Source: Eledone cirrhosa (lineage: Eukaryota). From it: DNA of 64,000 bases. This document shows positions 41,542 to 57,041 of this stretch, one piece after another. The DNA is taken from assembly GCA_964016885.1 (NCBI GenBank), contig OZ024746.1, forward strand, positions 19,468,001 to 19,532,000, read 5' to 3'. Within the stretch, counting starts at the first letter, position 1. The number at the start of each line of letters is the position of its first letter. Under the pieces are notes generated by a model. The model searched no databases and was not told the DNA's origin. It was given only the letters and a program-made list of their open reading frames with translations. Made by a program: the position numbers and the translations under genes.

Positions 41542-43299
41542 TTCTTTTTTTTCTTTATTTTCTCTTCACCTTTAATTTTCTTGATTCTATTCCTGTTTGT
41601 TATTTTGGTTTGATTTTTTTCTATATTCTTACATTAAACAAAGAAATCTTTGTCAAAATCTGTATCCATACGAAAATTGTTAATCTAAATTTAACGTTAA
41701 TCATAAAATTTAAATAGGTCGTTTTTCTCTTATGTTGTTTGCTGTAAAGGTGGCGGAATCAAGTAGCAGCAGCATTTTGGTGGACAGACTGCAATTTAGA
41801 TTTTCTAACGCGGTAGTCACCAATTTTACTAAGATGTTTCATAATGTTTTTACAAAAGGTTTAAACTTATTAAATAATCATGTTAAATTATCATATCAAG
41901 TATAGTAAAGCAAAGAATGAATAATAAATTTGTTAATGGATCGAAAGTTAAGGTTTCGGGGGTAGGGTTTGGTGACAATGTAGCATTTTCCTATATTTTT
42001 CCAGCTTGTAATAGCGGGCTCAAAAAGGGTTAGGTAATTATGATATTTTGGGGGATTTATTGTAATTTTTTTTACATAGGCTGCTTGCCAGTCTGGATGT
42101 TAAATATTTAGCTTCAAAAGTTATTTATTTTTCAAGTGACATATTACAACAAACATTTTAAGACCATCTTTTATTTTTAATTACAGAGATATTTATTGTC
42201 ATATAACAAATATATAAGATTAAACAGAAGTACATACATGTAATGAATTAATTATTGCTAGGAACCTTATAAATATAATACACGTTAAAGCAGGGTCTAG
42301 CTTCGCAGGACCCATGACAGGCTTAATATTCATTATGGCAACAGGGGATTTTTGTGGAAATATTTAAAAACCTAATACACTTTCTAACAGTAACCCTTTT
42401 TGTTGCCTCATACAACAGGTGAGGATATTCTGTATCTATTTTAAACTGAATACGTACAAGTATTTTCATGTGGTTTATTGACTTACTGTCCCAATACTTC
42501 TGATGTTATTTCAGAGGCCTAACTAGGGGAAATAGCACCTATGGCAAGCAAGGAAATTGTGCTCTTGCTCAAACATAATTTATATAACTGGTTTAATGAT
42601 CCAGCCACCATATTGCTTCTCACCTAGGATAATCAAAGACAAATCATACTTCTGAAGTGTTTTTTTTTGGGGGGGGGGGGGGGGGGGAGTTCACATTCCG
42701 ACGATAGCTTATCTGACTTTAATAGAAAGTGCTCTTAGTCCAAGAGGCTCCCCTCCCCCCACCTCATTCAAGTGGCGCCCATGGTACGTGCCATGCTTAC
42801 CATATCCTAGTTACATTTCTAGTTACATTATTGCTAGCCACTGCAAAGAAGAAAAAAAAAAACCCACGGAAAAATCGAACAGTATGTCGTAAGGAATCAG
42901 CAGACTTCATGTAGTTAATGAACCGGATTGCATGGAAATTGTCTTTAGATACTTCATTAATAAATAAATATGATAAAATTAGGTTAACAAGGAAGTTACA
43001 GCAGAATCAAATTTAAAATATTTTGTATGATGAAAAAAAAAGTGGGTAATAGTAGATGAAATAGGATGAGAAAAGGGGATTAAAAAGAAAAAGATATATT
43101 GAACAAATCAATTGATTCAAACGAACAATAGGAGTAGGATATTGATTAGGGAGAGAATTCTAAACCTCAAAAATATAAATCAAATTATGACATCATCATG
43201 GAAGAGGAGTGGAAGGATACCAGAGAAAAAGAAGGAAGGAGAAAATAAAAATAAAATAAAAATTCTATAATAGTTTTTTTAATAAGCTGCAAAAAAAAT

Positions 43300-43530
43300 C
43301 TGAAAGAACTACATGGTGTTCATGTAGATGTTTTCAAGAAACATCTCGACATTCTGCTAACCAAGATCCCGAATGAATCCACAGCACGAGGTGAAACAGA
43401 AATAAGGGCAGCAGCAACAAACTCCACCTCTTACATCAATGGCCAGCCAAAGAAGACTGGATATAGAAAGTGTAACGTCAATGGCGGTACTCCAGAATGG
43501 CTTCAACCAGTTGGTTGAAACGCGTAAAAA
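43300..43530 (+). mobile_element. CR1/L2-like LINE 3' end remnant
   Basis: Translation LKELHGVHVDVFKKHLDILLTKIPNE..RAAATNS, similar to the CR1-group C-terminal FKxxLDxxLxxxPDE..RAAxSN motif. Confidence 0.5.
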
Positions 43531-44403
43531 AGTAAAGACTAATATTTAGTATTATCCAGTACTATTGAGAAGGTCAAGGACATCCTCCTAGTTTGAATTC
43601 CTTTTCTCTATAGATCCAATATCTGAAATTGATAATGAGCATCTAATTTTGATGAGCATCGATCGAGAAACTAGAAATTATCTCCAGTGAAGGTGGGTGG
43701 CTTAGAGGTTAGAGAATTGGATAAGCAATCATGAGGTTTCCAGTTGATTCCCGGACTGGGCGATGCGTTATGTTCTTGAGCAAGACACTTTATTTCACAT
43801 TGTTTTTTTTTCTGCCAGGATTGCAACCGGTAGATAATATCAGCAATAGAAAGACCAATGGAAACATTGTTCCCTTGGTCGATTTGACGAGTTTCACCCT
43901 CACTCGGTAAGCAATTGAGCCCTGGGACCTTGTCTATTTATTTTTCAGAAATAGAAAGACAAATGGAAACATTGTTCCCTTGGTCCGATTTGACGAGTTC
44001 CACCCCACTCGGTAAGTGAATGAGGTCTGGGATTTTGTCGACTGATTCGATCAATTAGATCGATTGGATCAATTCGATCGAGATTAATTCCAAAGAACAG
44101 AAACCGCAACACAGTTCTGCTCACTAGTTGAAGCCATCTCCTTTCTCATACAACTGATAATACACTCTAGCACACCAAAGATTTCATATCCCATTACACT
44201 CCAATCCAATCCAGGGTCCTTCTCACTCCTGCCGGAGGAGGAAACCTTCCCTGGTTGAACTCAACTGCTTTCCACCTACCCTAAAAATAGTTTGAAACGT
44301 GCCTAATGGAAAACAAATTAATACATTTAGAGAGTGAAATATGTTATTTCCAAACCAAAATGACATATTTCCTTGTAACCATTTTTATTTTGCTAGATAT
44401 ACC

Positions 44404-44589
<186 letters not shown>

Positions 44590-44921
44590 TATATATATTG
44601 AATAGTCATTTTATTATTAACATATTGCACAAACACATCTGACAACTGTTTACCTTTTGTTTTTCACTACAGTTTTGTTTAAACGTTTTACTAAATGATA
44701 CGGCGGCCATTGTTTTAGTGTGCAAGCGATTGATACATTCCTGAACAAGCGCATAACATGTGTTTACATTTATTCTGGACTCGCCAGAAATTTGTTGTTC
44801 TTGTGAAAAAGTTAATAACACAAAACAACAGTTATATATATATTGTTTAAAATATAAGCAAAAACTGTATCAGATCACATATTTACCTTTCGTTCCTTCG
44901 TTCTCTTTCCGTATATACATA

Positions 44922-45010
44922 AACAAGGTGTCCCTAAAAAATGTATACACTACACACTTTGATTAAAATGCCGTTGAAGTGTGTATATATTTTTGGGGAT
45001 GCCCTGTATA
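44922..45010. mobile_element. Short Tc1/mariner-like MITE
   Basis: caaggtgtccctaaaaa..tttttggggatgccctgTA inverted termini. Confidence 0.5.
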
Positions 45011-45087
45011 TATAACTTGTTGAAGCGCCTGATGACTGGGTCACAAATTTGATCGCTCTTCCACTCTGCACCACAGTGTACAATCTG

Positions 45088-45480
45088 GGGAGGCGGTCAA
45101 TTGGCAGAGTCGGTAGAATATCGGATAAAATACTCTGTGGTATTCGTTCCGACTCACTGCTCTCTGAGTTCAAATCGCTCCGAGGACAACTTTACCTTTC
45201 ATTCTTTAGAGGTCGATAAAATTAAGTACCAGTAACGCACTGAGGTCGATTTAACCTACTTTTTCCTCCCACCAAATTGTTGGCCTTTTGCCTAAATCAG
45301 AAACCATTATTTTGTCGGACGCCATGCTTTCCAGCATAGTTACGTCCCTTTACAGTCTGAGTTCAAATCCCGCCGAGGTTTACTTTGCCTTTCATCCTTA
45401 CGGGGTCGATAAAATAAAAGTACCAGTAATGCACTGGGTAATTGCTGGCCTTGTGCCTAAAGTAGAAACCATTATTTTAT
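45088..45480 (+). mobile_element. Two tandem SINE family A copies
   Basis: Core match. Confidence 0.75.
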
Positions 45481-46353
45481 CAATCTCGTGTGGATGGAAC
45501 TCAAATATTACCTCGGTAGGATTTACTCAGAACTTAAGAGAAACCAAACTACCATTGTGAGTAGTTGAGGTGAGGGTGGAGGGGGTGCTTAGTTCGAAAA
45601 TCTATCATTCTGCCGACTCTTTCTTTCTACAGAGTTGAAAATATTTATTTCATTGCAACAATATTTTAATTAATTTGTTTGTTGTTATATTTATTTATTC
45701 TATTTACTTATTTATTTATTTATTTATTGTTTGTTTATTTAATGCTATATAAGAAATTTAGGCTCCAAAGCTCTAAGATCTCAGAACTGAGTTTAAACTG
45801 GAAAGAAATTTATCGATTTATAGTTTTTAAAAAATTGCAGTATGTTAGGAATGATTTCAAGGTAGCAACTTCTTTTCCTTAACATAGAAAAATACATTAT
45901 TGAAAAAAACAGGTGGAATTGTTTTGGTGAGGTGTCATTTAACTCCAGGCAAATCGAATGATGTGTTTGATGAAAAACATAATAAGAGTTTCGGATTTAG
46001 GTTCCTCCAAAATTGGTGGCACAAGGCCAGCAATTTTCGGGGCGTAGAAAGTCGATTAAATCGATCCCAGTGCAATACTGGTGTTTTATTTTATCGACCC
46101 CGTAAAAAAGCTAATTATATCTCTCCGAACCCTTGATTATTTTCAAAATTAATTGAAACTCATAAGTAAGGTATTTCTTTAGAGATACGGAAAAGAAAGG
46201 GTTGGGTTTGACCCCACTGAAATCCCTATGATTAATTGTTACGAACTATAAAGCAGAGACAGTCTGTATATAACTGTTTATTGCACCCAAATGACCTTCC
46301 GTATCGTGTTTGGAATATAGAGGGTAATCCTGCAGCTACTGCTGGCCCACACT

Positions 46354-46570
<217 letters not shown>

Positions 46571-47024
46571 GCACGCACATACACTTATATATGTATGTTA
46601 CAGGTTTCCTCTGGAATGCGAAACCTTAACTTTACATTCACCCATCTTTTGATGTGGTTATTGTTTCGTTAGAACCGGATATATGCCAAAATATTGATCA
46701 ATATATGGTCAGGACTTATTCAATCCCAAACCTGGATTTCTAATTCATTAATATCTCACCAATCACTCCTTTCCTTAGCTGTCGAAATCAACGACGCTAT
46801 AAACTCGACGCAGAATGTGATTTTACCTCCTGCAGTAAACCATGTGGGATTTCGTCTCCATGCTGTCAATCTCGTCTGCAACAGTTCACCTGAGTGTTAT
46901 CTCGCAAAGGAATTTGATCGCAGACGACTAACTAAATCTTCCAGGCGAGCATTTCTTCGCCTGCTAAATGGTGGTCCAGCTTGAGTATTAAAAACATGTT
47001 TTTCCTCAAACAAAAACGACATAA

Positions 47025-47222
47025 AAGGTCAGCTGAAAAGTTCATAGGCTGACTATGAAGGAATGATGCTAGAGCTGTGAAATCTTGCATGAATTCATTT
47101 CAACTCATTTTATTAATAACTGCTTTGTTTCTTTCCAGGGACTATATTAGAAAATAAATCTCATTTGATCATTCCATGAGAGTATCTTGGTCAGGCTATG
47201 AATTTTTCAGCCAAACCTCGTA
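47025..47222. mobile_element. mariner-type MITE (second copy at 47679-47880)
   Basis: gctgaaaagttcataggctgac / gtcaggctatgaatttttcagc..cctcgTA; internal homology between the two copies. Confidence 0.7.
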
Positions 47223-47243
47223 TATATATATATATATATATAT

Positions 47244-47425
47244 AACTGTTTCTACTTTAGGCACAAGGCCAGCAATTACCCAGTACATTACTAGTACTTT
47301 ATTTTATCGACCCCGTAAGGATGAAAGGCAAAGTTAACCTCGGCGGGATTTGAACTCAGATCGTAAAGGGACGTAACTATGCTAGAAAGCATGGCGTCCA
47401 ACCCTCTACCGACACTGCCAATTCA
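47244..47425 (-). mobile_element. SINE family A
   Basis: Core match. Confidence 0.8.
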
Positions 47426-47439
47426 CCATATATAACGAA

Positions 47440-47622
47440 GGAAATGTGGTAAGGAACCAGGTGGACCATAACGCACCAAAGTACTCAATACTTAGGGTAG
47501 TAGAGTGGGTAATAGGAACGAGTAGGACCCTGACGGCTGAGCTCAAGCCGTTTCGACGGCTAATTCTGGACTGAATTAGTCGTCGAAACGGCTTGAGCTC
47601 AGCCGTCGGGGTCCTACTCGTT

Positions 47623-47627
<5 letters not shown>
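47440..47627 (-). mobile_element. Fold-back (55-bp arms, 6-nt loop) built on a hammerhead stem II, 5' core deleted
   Basis: 47512-47566 is the reverse complement of 47573-47627; each arm reads stemII-GAAA-cggct tgagctc agccg-TC-agggtcc; downstream actctactaccctaagtattgagtac on the minus strand. Confidence 0.65.
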
Positions 47628-47678
<51 letters not shown>

Positions 47679-47681
<3 letters not shown>

Positions 47682-47880
47682 GAGGGTTGGCTGACTATGA
47701 AGAAGTGACGCTAGAGCTGTGAAATCTTGCATGCATTAATTGCGACTCTTCTTTTTAATAACTGCATTGTTTCAGTCCAGGGACTATGTTAAAAAATAAA
47801 CCTCATTTGGTCATTCCATGAGAGTATCTTGGTCAGTCTATGACCTTTTCAGCCAATGAACGTTTCAGTCGACCCTCGTA
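47679..47880. mobile_element. mariner-type MITE
   Basis: cgagggttggctga / tcagtcgaccctcgTA. Confidence 0.7.
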
Positions 47881-48250
47881 CTGTATATTATGCCTACATC
47901 TATAATATACTCCATCAGTAGAGTTTATATAACATTGACTTCAGAGATATTTGTGCATGTTACACATCCATATATAACATGTTACTTCGACATAAGAAAC
48001 AGCAGCTGTTAGAAATTCCCTCCAGTGAACTTTCCTGTTTACTTGATTGGTTGTGATCAATCTCATTATTATTGTTGAAGCTATATAAATACAGTCACAC
48101 TGTTGCACATTGTGTTTACATTAGTGTTGTGTTATTCTTCTTCATATGTGGTATCCAACCTCCATTTACCCCCCCCCCCAACCCCCTCCCTCCATCCCTC
48201 CCTGCCACACAATCTCTCTTCTTCACTAGTAACCCTGTCTTGCAATCTAC

Positions 48251-50171
<1,921 letters not shown>

Positions 50172-50774
50172 AATGAAAAGTATAGAAATTGTTGTAGCGA
50201 GAAGCTAACAGTATATGTCCGTGAAACATATACACCAGGTCCGAACACAAAGGAGCCAAACTCCCACTGTAACTGCCTCCGTCTCTCCCACTCCCACTCT
50301 CCTCATCTCTCACTATCATGAGCGAATGGGGGCCCGTGCGCTGGCTGCCCCCCCGTGGCCCCGGTGGACTAGCTTCTAGCTGCTAGCTGCTCCGCGGCCC
50401 CGCAAGGCTTGCCGCCCCGTGGGTCCGGCGGACTAGCTGCTCCGTGGCCCCGGCGGACAGAATAGAGAAGGTGTTTCCCCGGGGGATGGTGAAAGAGACG
50501 CGCTGGAAGAGCCATTCCAGCTCTTCAGAAACTAGGGAGTTTCACACTATATCAAAAGATTTGGTGAAATCGATGAAGGTTATATACACTGGGTTGTTAA
50601 ATTCGCATCTGAAGGGTTACCCCTGGGTGGTGCTCTCCTATCGGGGAATATTTATTGTTATAATTTTATTGTTTAGTGTTATGTTTTGTAAACCCCCACA
50701 GTCCCTATCTCTTGTAGTGTCCTGTATGTTTCAGCCCTTGTGGTCAATAAAGAAATAATAATAATTATTATTAT

Positions 50775-51370
50775 TAAGGGCGGTTGATTGGCAGTATCGG
50801 TAGAGGGTCGGACGCCATGCTTTCCAGCATAGTTACGTCCCTTTACGGTCTGAGTTCAAATCCCGTCGAGGTTGACTTTGCCTTTCATCCTTACGGGGGT
50901 TGATAAAATAAAGTACCAGTAATGCACTGGGTAATTGCTGGCCTTGTGACTAAAGTAGAAACAATTATTATTATTAAGGGCGGTTGATTGGCAGTATCGG
51001 TAGAGCGTCGGACAACATGCTTTGCGACATAGAGTTGCGGCCCTTTACGTTCTGATTTCAAATCCCGACGAGGTTAGATTTGGCTTTCTTCCTTACGGTG
51101 TCGACAAATAAAGGACCAGTAATGCACTGGGGTCGATTTAATCGATTTTCCTCTCCCCAAAAATTACTGGCCTTGTGCCTGAATTGGCAGTATTGGGAGA
51201 GAGTCGGACGCCATGCTTTGACGTATAGAGTTACGGCCCTTGCCATTCTGAGTTCAAATCCTGCCGAGGTTAACTTTGCCTTTCATCCTTTACGGGGTAG
51301 ATAAAATAAAGTACCAGTAATGCACTGGGTGATTGCTGGCCTTGTGCCTAACGTAGAAACAATTATTATT
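50775..51370 (+). mobile_element. Three tandem SINE family A copies
   Basis: ttggcagtat(c/t)gg heads repeated at about 50787, 50987 and 51184. Confidence 0.85.
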
Positions 51371-51504
51371 TACTATATAAAACGAATCGTTAAAAGTAAA
51401 TATAAAATAAAAAGAAGTTAGACAAAAAGTATTGTTTGGTATAAAATCTTACTTTCCAGCTTTCAGACATAAAGTGAAGGAACCACACACACAGAAACCT
51501 ATTC

Positions 51505-51587
<83 letters not shown>

Positions 51588-52885
51588 TTATCTATCAATC
51601 TATCTATTTCTCTCCCTCTCCTCCGTCTCTCTTACATTACATGCCTCCTTCCACACACATTTACAAATATTATTACATCACTGAGAAAAATAACCCCCGA
51701 AAAACAAAAAGCTAGAAAGTTGTAACGTTCTTGTTTTTCTCTCTCTAGAGCAAGCATCGGTATCGTAAAAGAAGTGACTGTACTACAAACTGGAAAATAT
51801 GGAAATCAGGTCAGGACATCAGCTAGCTGAGTGTTCCCTTTATTTACTTCATGCTATCTTACTAGCAATTCTGTTGTCAACTAACCTCACCACTTGGTTC
51901 TACCATTTCTCGGTTTCAACTATAAACAGAAAGAGTTCGAAGAAGAAGAAGAAGAAGAAGAAGAAGAAGAAGAAGAAGAATTTAGCAAAACCAGTCAGAG
52001 GATCCTTTCCCAACAAGTTATTATAGAAGCCCCAGAAGGGTCGTTTAGTTGCAAGAAATAAGAGTCATATCTCCCTCCTGGTGGAGTCGTAGGGGCGTTA
52101 TATAGACATACGGCGTTTCTTAGAGCATTTTAAAACCTGGCGCGGAGCCCATCTCCTCTCCGCAGATTTCTTCCAGTGGAATATAGAAAATAAAAGAAAG
52201 ATAGTGAGAAAAGAGGAAGAAATATAATGTAAGAATCAATCCCAGTATTAGACTGATACATTTTTTATTGACTCCGAATCGATGAAAGGCAAAGTTGACC
52301 TCGTACCCTACAGTCTTAAAACAAGAAATGTGGATTGGACAATGGCCTTGAAATAAAATAGATGCTTTTTTTTTTACCATAGAACACATGTATGGTTGAG
52401 TGGTTAAAACATTCGTGTCGCAGTCATAAAGTCCCGAGCTCGATCCCATCGAGCGTATTAATTCTGGCTCTTAACATAGAAATCACGCTGAGTCCAACTT
52501 TGCCTTTTATTCTTCTAAAGTCGATAAAGTATAAGTGAAGTACAGGAGTCGATATAATCGACTTTCTCTGCCATCAAATTGTTGGCTTTGTGTCAAACCC
52601 ATTATTAACGGGTTGAGACATCGACAGTGCATGGCAGAATCGGAAGAGCCTTGCAAAACTCTGTCTCAGCGTTATCTTTATGAGTTCAGATCATATCAAG
52701 AATAATTAGGGTTATAATCCCTCAGAGATCGATATAATATATACAGATCAATATAATATATGTCATTTAATTTCTGTGGAATTATTGACTGCAACTATTC
52801 ATAATAGATTGTGCTAATGTTAGATATGTATAGAAGGAATGGAGTGTGAGATAGAATGGTGTATGGAAGAGAGGAGGACGATGAT

Positions 52886-52949
<64 letters not shown>

Positions 52950-52952
<3 letters not shown>

Positions 52953-53190
52953 GAAGTTCTATTTAAATTGTTGGGATACAACAAGCAAATATTTTTATAA
53001 CTGGTATAAAGCACTCAACAAATAATTGGAGTAAAAACGATATTAACAAATGGAAACTATATTTATAAAACCATATTTATTTCATTATACATATTTCAAG
53101 TACACCAAGTTAAATTATGGTGTGCTTTCATCAGTTAAGGGTATGTCAATATTTATTTATAAAACTGCTCTATATTATATTTTATCTGAT
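52950..53190 (-). mobile_element. Hammerhead-bearing element (1270 family) with its 5' segment inverted
   Basis: Minus strand CTGATGA aagcacacc..ggtgtactt GAAA tatgta (53088-53134); native upstream segment present in the opposite orientation at 53136-53190. Confidence 0.7.
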
Positions 53191-53217
53191 ATATTATATA
53201 TATATAATGTGTGTGGA

Positions 53218-53560
53218 GGCACATGGCTTAGTGGTTAGAGCATTGGCCTTGCAATCGAAAGGTTGTGAGTTCAAATCTAAGACCGGATGATGTTTTGTTT
53301 CCTTGAGCAAGACACTTTATTTCACATTTCTCCAGTTTCCTCAGCTGTAGAAATGAGATGATAGAGACTGGGGTCCCTATCATTCCACTGCAAAGTGGTC
53401 GTGGAGGTGCCACGGCAAAAAAACACCCAGCACTCACTGTAAAATGAGGTTGGTGTTAGGAAGGGCATCCAGCTGTAGAAATCAAGCCCTAATCTGTTCC
53501 GTCCCACCCTTGCAAGCAGGGAAAAGCGGACGTAAAATGAAATGATGATGATGATGATGA
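53218..53560 (+). mobile_element. SINE family B with an alternative RTE tail
   Basis: Near-identical to 19877-20190, then cccacccttgcaagc tail matching the RTE at 18490-18545. Confidence 0.8.
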
Positions 53561-53638
53561 TAGAGAGAGAGAGAGAGAAAGCTTCGTGTTTGTTTTTGAA
53601 GGCATTATTAATCAATATTGAATATATATCGACCCCTC

Positions 53639-53745
<107 letters not shown>

Positions 53746-54953
53746 CTTTCTTTTTATAATTATTTCAATTCTTCCCGTAAGGAAGGAACAGGCTTGTAAC
53801 GATTTCTGACAAAGAAAGCAACATTGCTGGAATTTTGGATAAGGAATACGGTGTCACATATTAAACTTTACATGTTTTTACTATCCCGATTACAGATTGT
53901 ATTTGTAAGGTGAGTGATAGTTAATTAATTTCTTTGAAAACTTCAGCTTTTCTAGATTGGTAATTATGTATTTACTAATACTGTCGCGTGAACCAATAAT
54001 TATTGTTATAAAGGTGAGTTTATAATTTTGGTACAGAAGCTCAAGTTTTCGAAGCTGTTGTCCGTAATTCTCTTACACAAAGAATTCATTTACCGCATTT
54101 TGGGGGCTATAAGACGCACATTTACTTTAAAGAAAAAAGTTTCGGAAAAAATTGTAGTAGTATTTAAAAATGAAAAAAAAAAAAAAATTATTTGAATTCT
54201 TAACTCACACAAACATTTATTTATTTAACTTCAAAACCTACAGAATCTTTGTAACAATCCTCATTTTACGTCCACTTTCCACACTGGCATGTATTGGACG
54301 GGTTGTCACAGTCCAGGACCAGGAATATCGGTGCGACCTCATCTTGCTCATATATTACATATTTGACATGGTTTCTATAGCCGGATGCCCTTTCTAACAA
54401 TAACCACTTAAAATGTTTATTATTGTTCTGATAACCTGATGTCTCTAAAGTTGAGTAAGTACATTAAATATTTTCTGTTAAAAATATAGTTCACAATGTC
54501 AAAGGGATAAAACTAAAAAACCCAACAGAGGGCACAAATAAATTACTACGGCCGTCGCTAGTGCCCCCCCCCCCCCCGCAGTGGGGCCCAGATCAATTGC
54601 CTCTTTTGGCCTCCATTAAATCTGGCTCTGATCTGATATATATATATGTAAGAACATATGTATGTATGTATGTATATATGTACGTACGTATGTATGTTTG
54701 TATGAACGTCTGTAAGTACATATGCATGTGTACACACACACACACACACTGACACACACACATGTACATACGCATGTCCTTGTACTGAAAGGCGTTTATT
54801 TCACATATCTTGTGCTTTTACGAGAATTTGATCCATAAACAAAGATATATTTTCAAAGTACAGTCATCACATCCGCCATTTCTGAACAATTTTCATGTCT
54901 TGCCATCAACAGTTTGAACATCCACCTTTTAAAGAGGGAATAGAGTTTGAAAT

Positions 54954-55049
<96 letters not shown>

Positions 55050-55257
55050 ATATACAGAAACACACACACTCACTAACAGACACACACTCACAGACACACA
55101 CTCACAGACACACAAACTAACATCCCCAATACACAGACGCATATACATACACACGCTTACTCAAGCACATACACACGCTTACTCAAGCACATACACAAAC
55201 ATACATACACACAAATACACATACAAACACCCACACATACACACACACCCACGCACG

Positions 55258-55289
<32 letters not shown>

Positions 55290-55841
55290 CACACACACAC
55301 TAACATACATACAGACCCACATCGTATGTATAAAATTTCTAGTCTTGCGGATGTCAATGACAAATATCTGCCATTCTCCCGTTCTCTGTTTTAAAAAGTT
55401 CCATCTACATATGTGATATATCATAGAGTTTACGGTAATATGAGATACTATAGATATACATGTTATGATGGATGAAGTCTGAGCTAATGGTTTTTCTACT
55501 CACTCCTTTCAGTGCTTTTTACTAAGCACGGTAAGACAGTCATTGCGACCATGTAATACTGATGAACCACACTAATGACGTGAGAGTCAATATTAGATTA
55601 TTCATTAAAGCATTACGAACGACATAACGACGTAACGACGTTTAAAACATTAACACGAGATGTTATGATAGCAGGAGAAAGGAGAGAGAAAAAATGTTAA
55701 TGATCTGTTGAAGTTGATGTGTGTTTTAGAGAGATTTAGAGAAGAAAAATACAACAGGACTGTCATCATTTGTGAAATGGTGTGGAGATGAATAGAAACT
55801 GCACCAAGAAACAACAAAAACAACAGGTGCTGCTTCTGTTG

Positions 55842-55891
<50 letters not shown>

Positions 55892-55892
55892 G

Positions 55893-55929
<37 letters not shown>

Positions 55930-56206
55930 ATCACAACAAACAATGACAGTTGTAACGATATGACTAACAACGACGAAAACACCAACAGTGAGACCAGCAA
56001 AAGTTACAATAACACAAACAGGAACAGCGAAAATAACGGTTTTTGATTTAGGCACAAGGCCAACAATTTTATGGGGAGGGGGAAGTCGATTAAATCGACC
56101 CCAGTGCATTACTGAAGCTTTAAAATGCAATAACAACGACAACTCGCGAGTCTCTATATGGTCACTCGACTTTCTAAAAATAGTAGCTAAATATTCCTCA
56201 AGCCAC

Positions 56207-57041
56207 ATTCTTCTTCTTCTTCTTCTTCTTCTTCTTCTTCTTCTTCTTCTTCTTCTTCTTCTTCTTCTTCTTCTTCTTCTTCTTCAGAATGTCATGAAGT
56301 CCTCAAACACTCATTCCAGTGGGTCCTGCCAGAAGCAACTGTCTCCAACTGATCCGGCTGGATCCCCAAGCAAGACCAGCCAAGCTCATTGATGTTATCT
56401 AACCATCTTTCTCGGGGTGAACCCCTGGGTGTCCTGCCGGTTGGTTTTGCTCATAAAATCTGTCCAGCGATTCTTTCCTGAGATATTCTAACCACATCTC
56501 CGTAGTATCGGAGCTGTGATTCTTTCCTGAGACATTCTAACCACATCTCTGTAGTATCGGAGCTGTGATTCTTTCCTGAGACATTCTAACCATATCTCCG
56601 TAGTATCGGAGCTGTGATTCTTTCCTGAGACATTCTAACCACATCTCTGTAGTATCGGAGCTGTGATTCTTTCCTGAGACATTCTAACCACATACCCGTA
56701 GTATCGGAGCTGTGATTCTTTCCTGAGACATTCTAACCACATCTCCGTAGTATCGGAGCTGTGATTCTTTCCTGAGACATTCTAACCACATCTCTGTAGT
56801 ATCGGAGCTGTGATTCTTTCTTGAGACATTCTAACCACACCTCCGTAGTATCGGAGCTGTGATTCTTTCTTGAGACATTCTAACCACATCTCCGTAGTAT
56901 CGGAGCTGTGATTCTTTCCTGAGACATTCTAACCACACCTCCGTAGTATCGGAGCTGTGATTCTTTCTTGAGATATTCTAACCACATCTCCGTAGTATCG
57001 GAGCTGTGATTCTTTCCTGAGACATTCTAACCACATCTCCG
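56207..57041 (-). mobile_element. RTE-like LINE 3' end with (GAA)n tail whose 5' end is a 49-bp tandem array
   Basis: Homologous to 62150-62534 and 29985-30185. Confidence 0.8.
56469..57041. repeat. 49-bp minisatellite, about 11.7 copies
   Basis: Unit gattctttcctgagacattctaaccacatctccgtagtatcggagctgt; starts at 56469, 56518 ... 57008. Confidence 0.95.

Noticed and set aside
56469-57041. CRISPR-like periodic array
   Set aside because: No unique spacers, no cas genes, eukaryotic context; the unit derives from a LINE ORF
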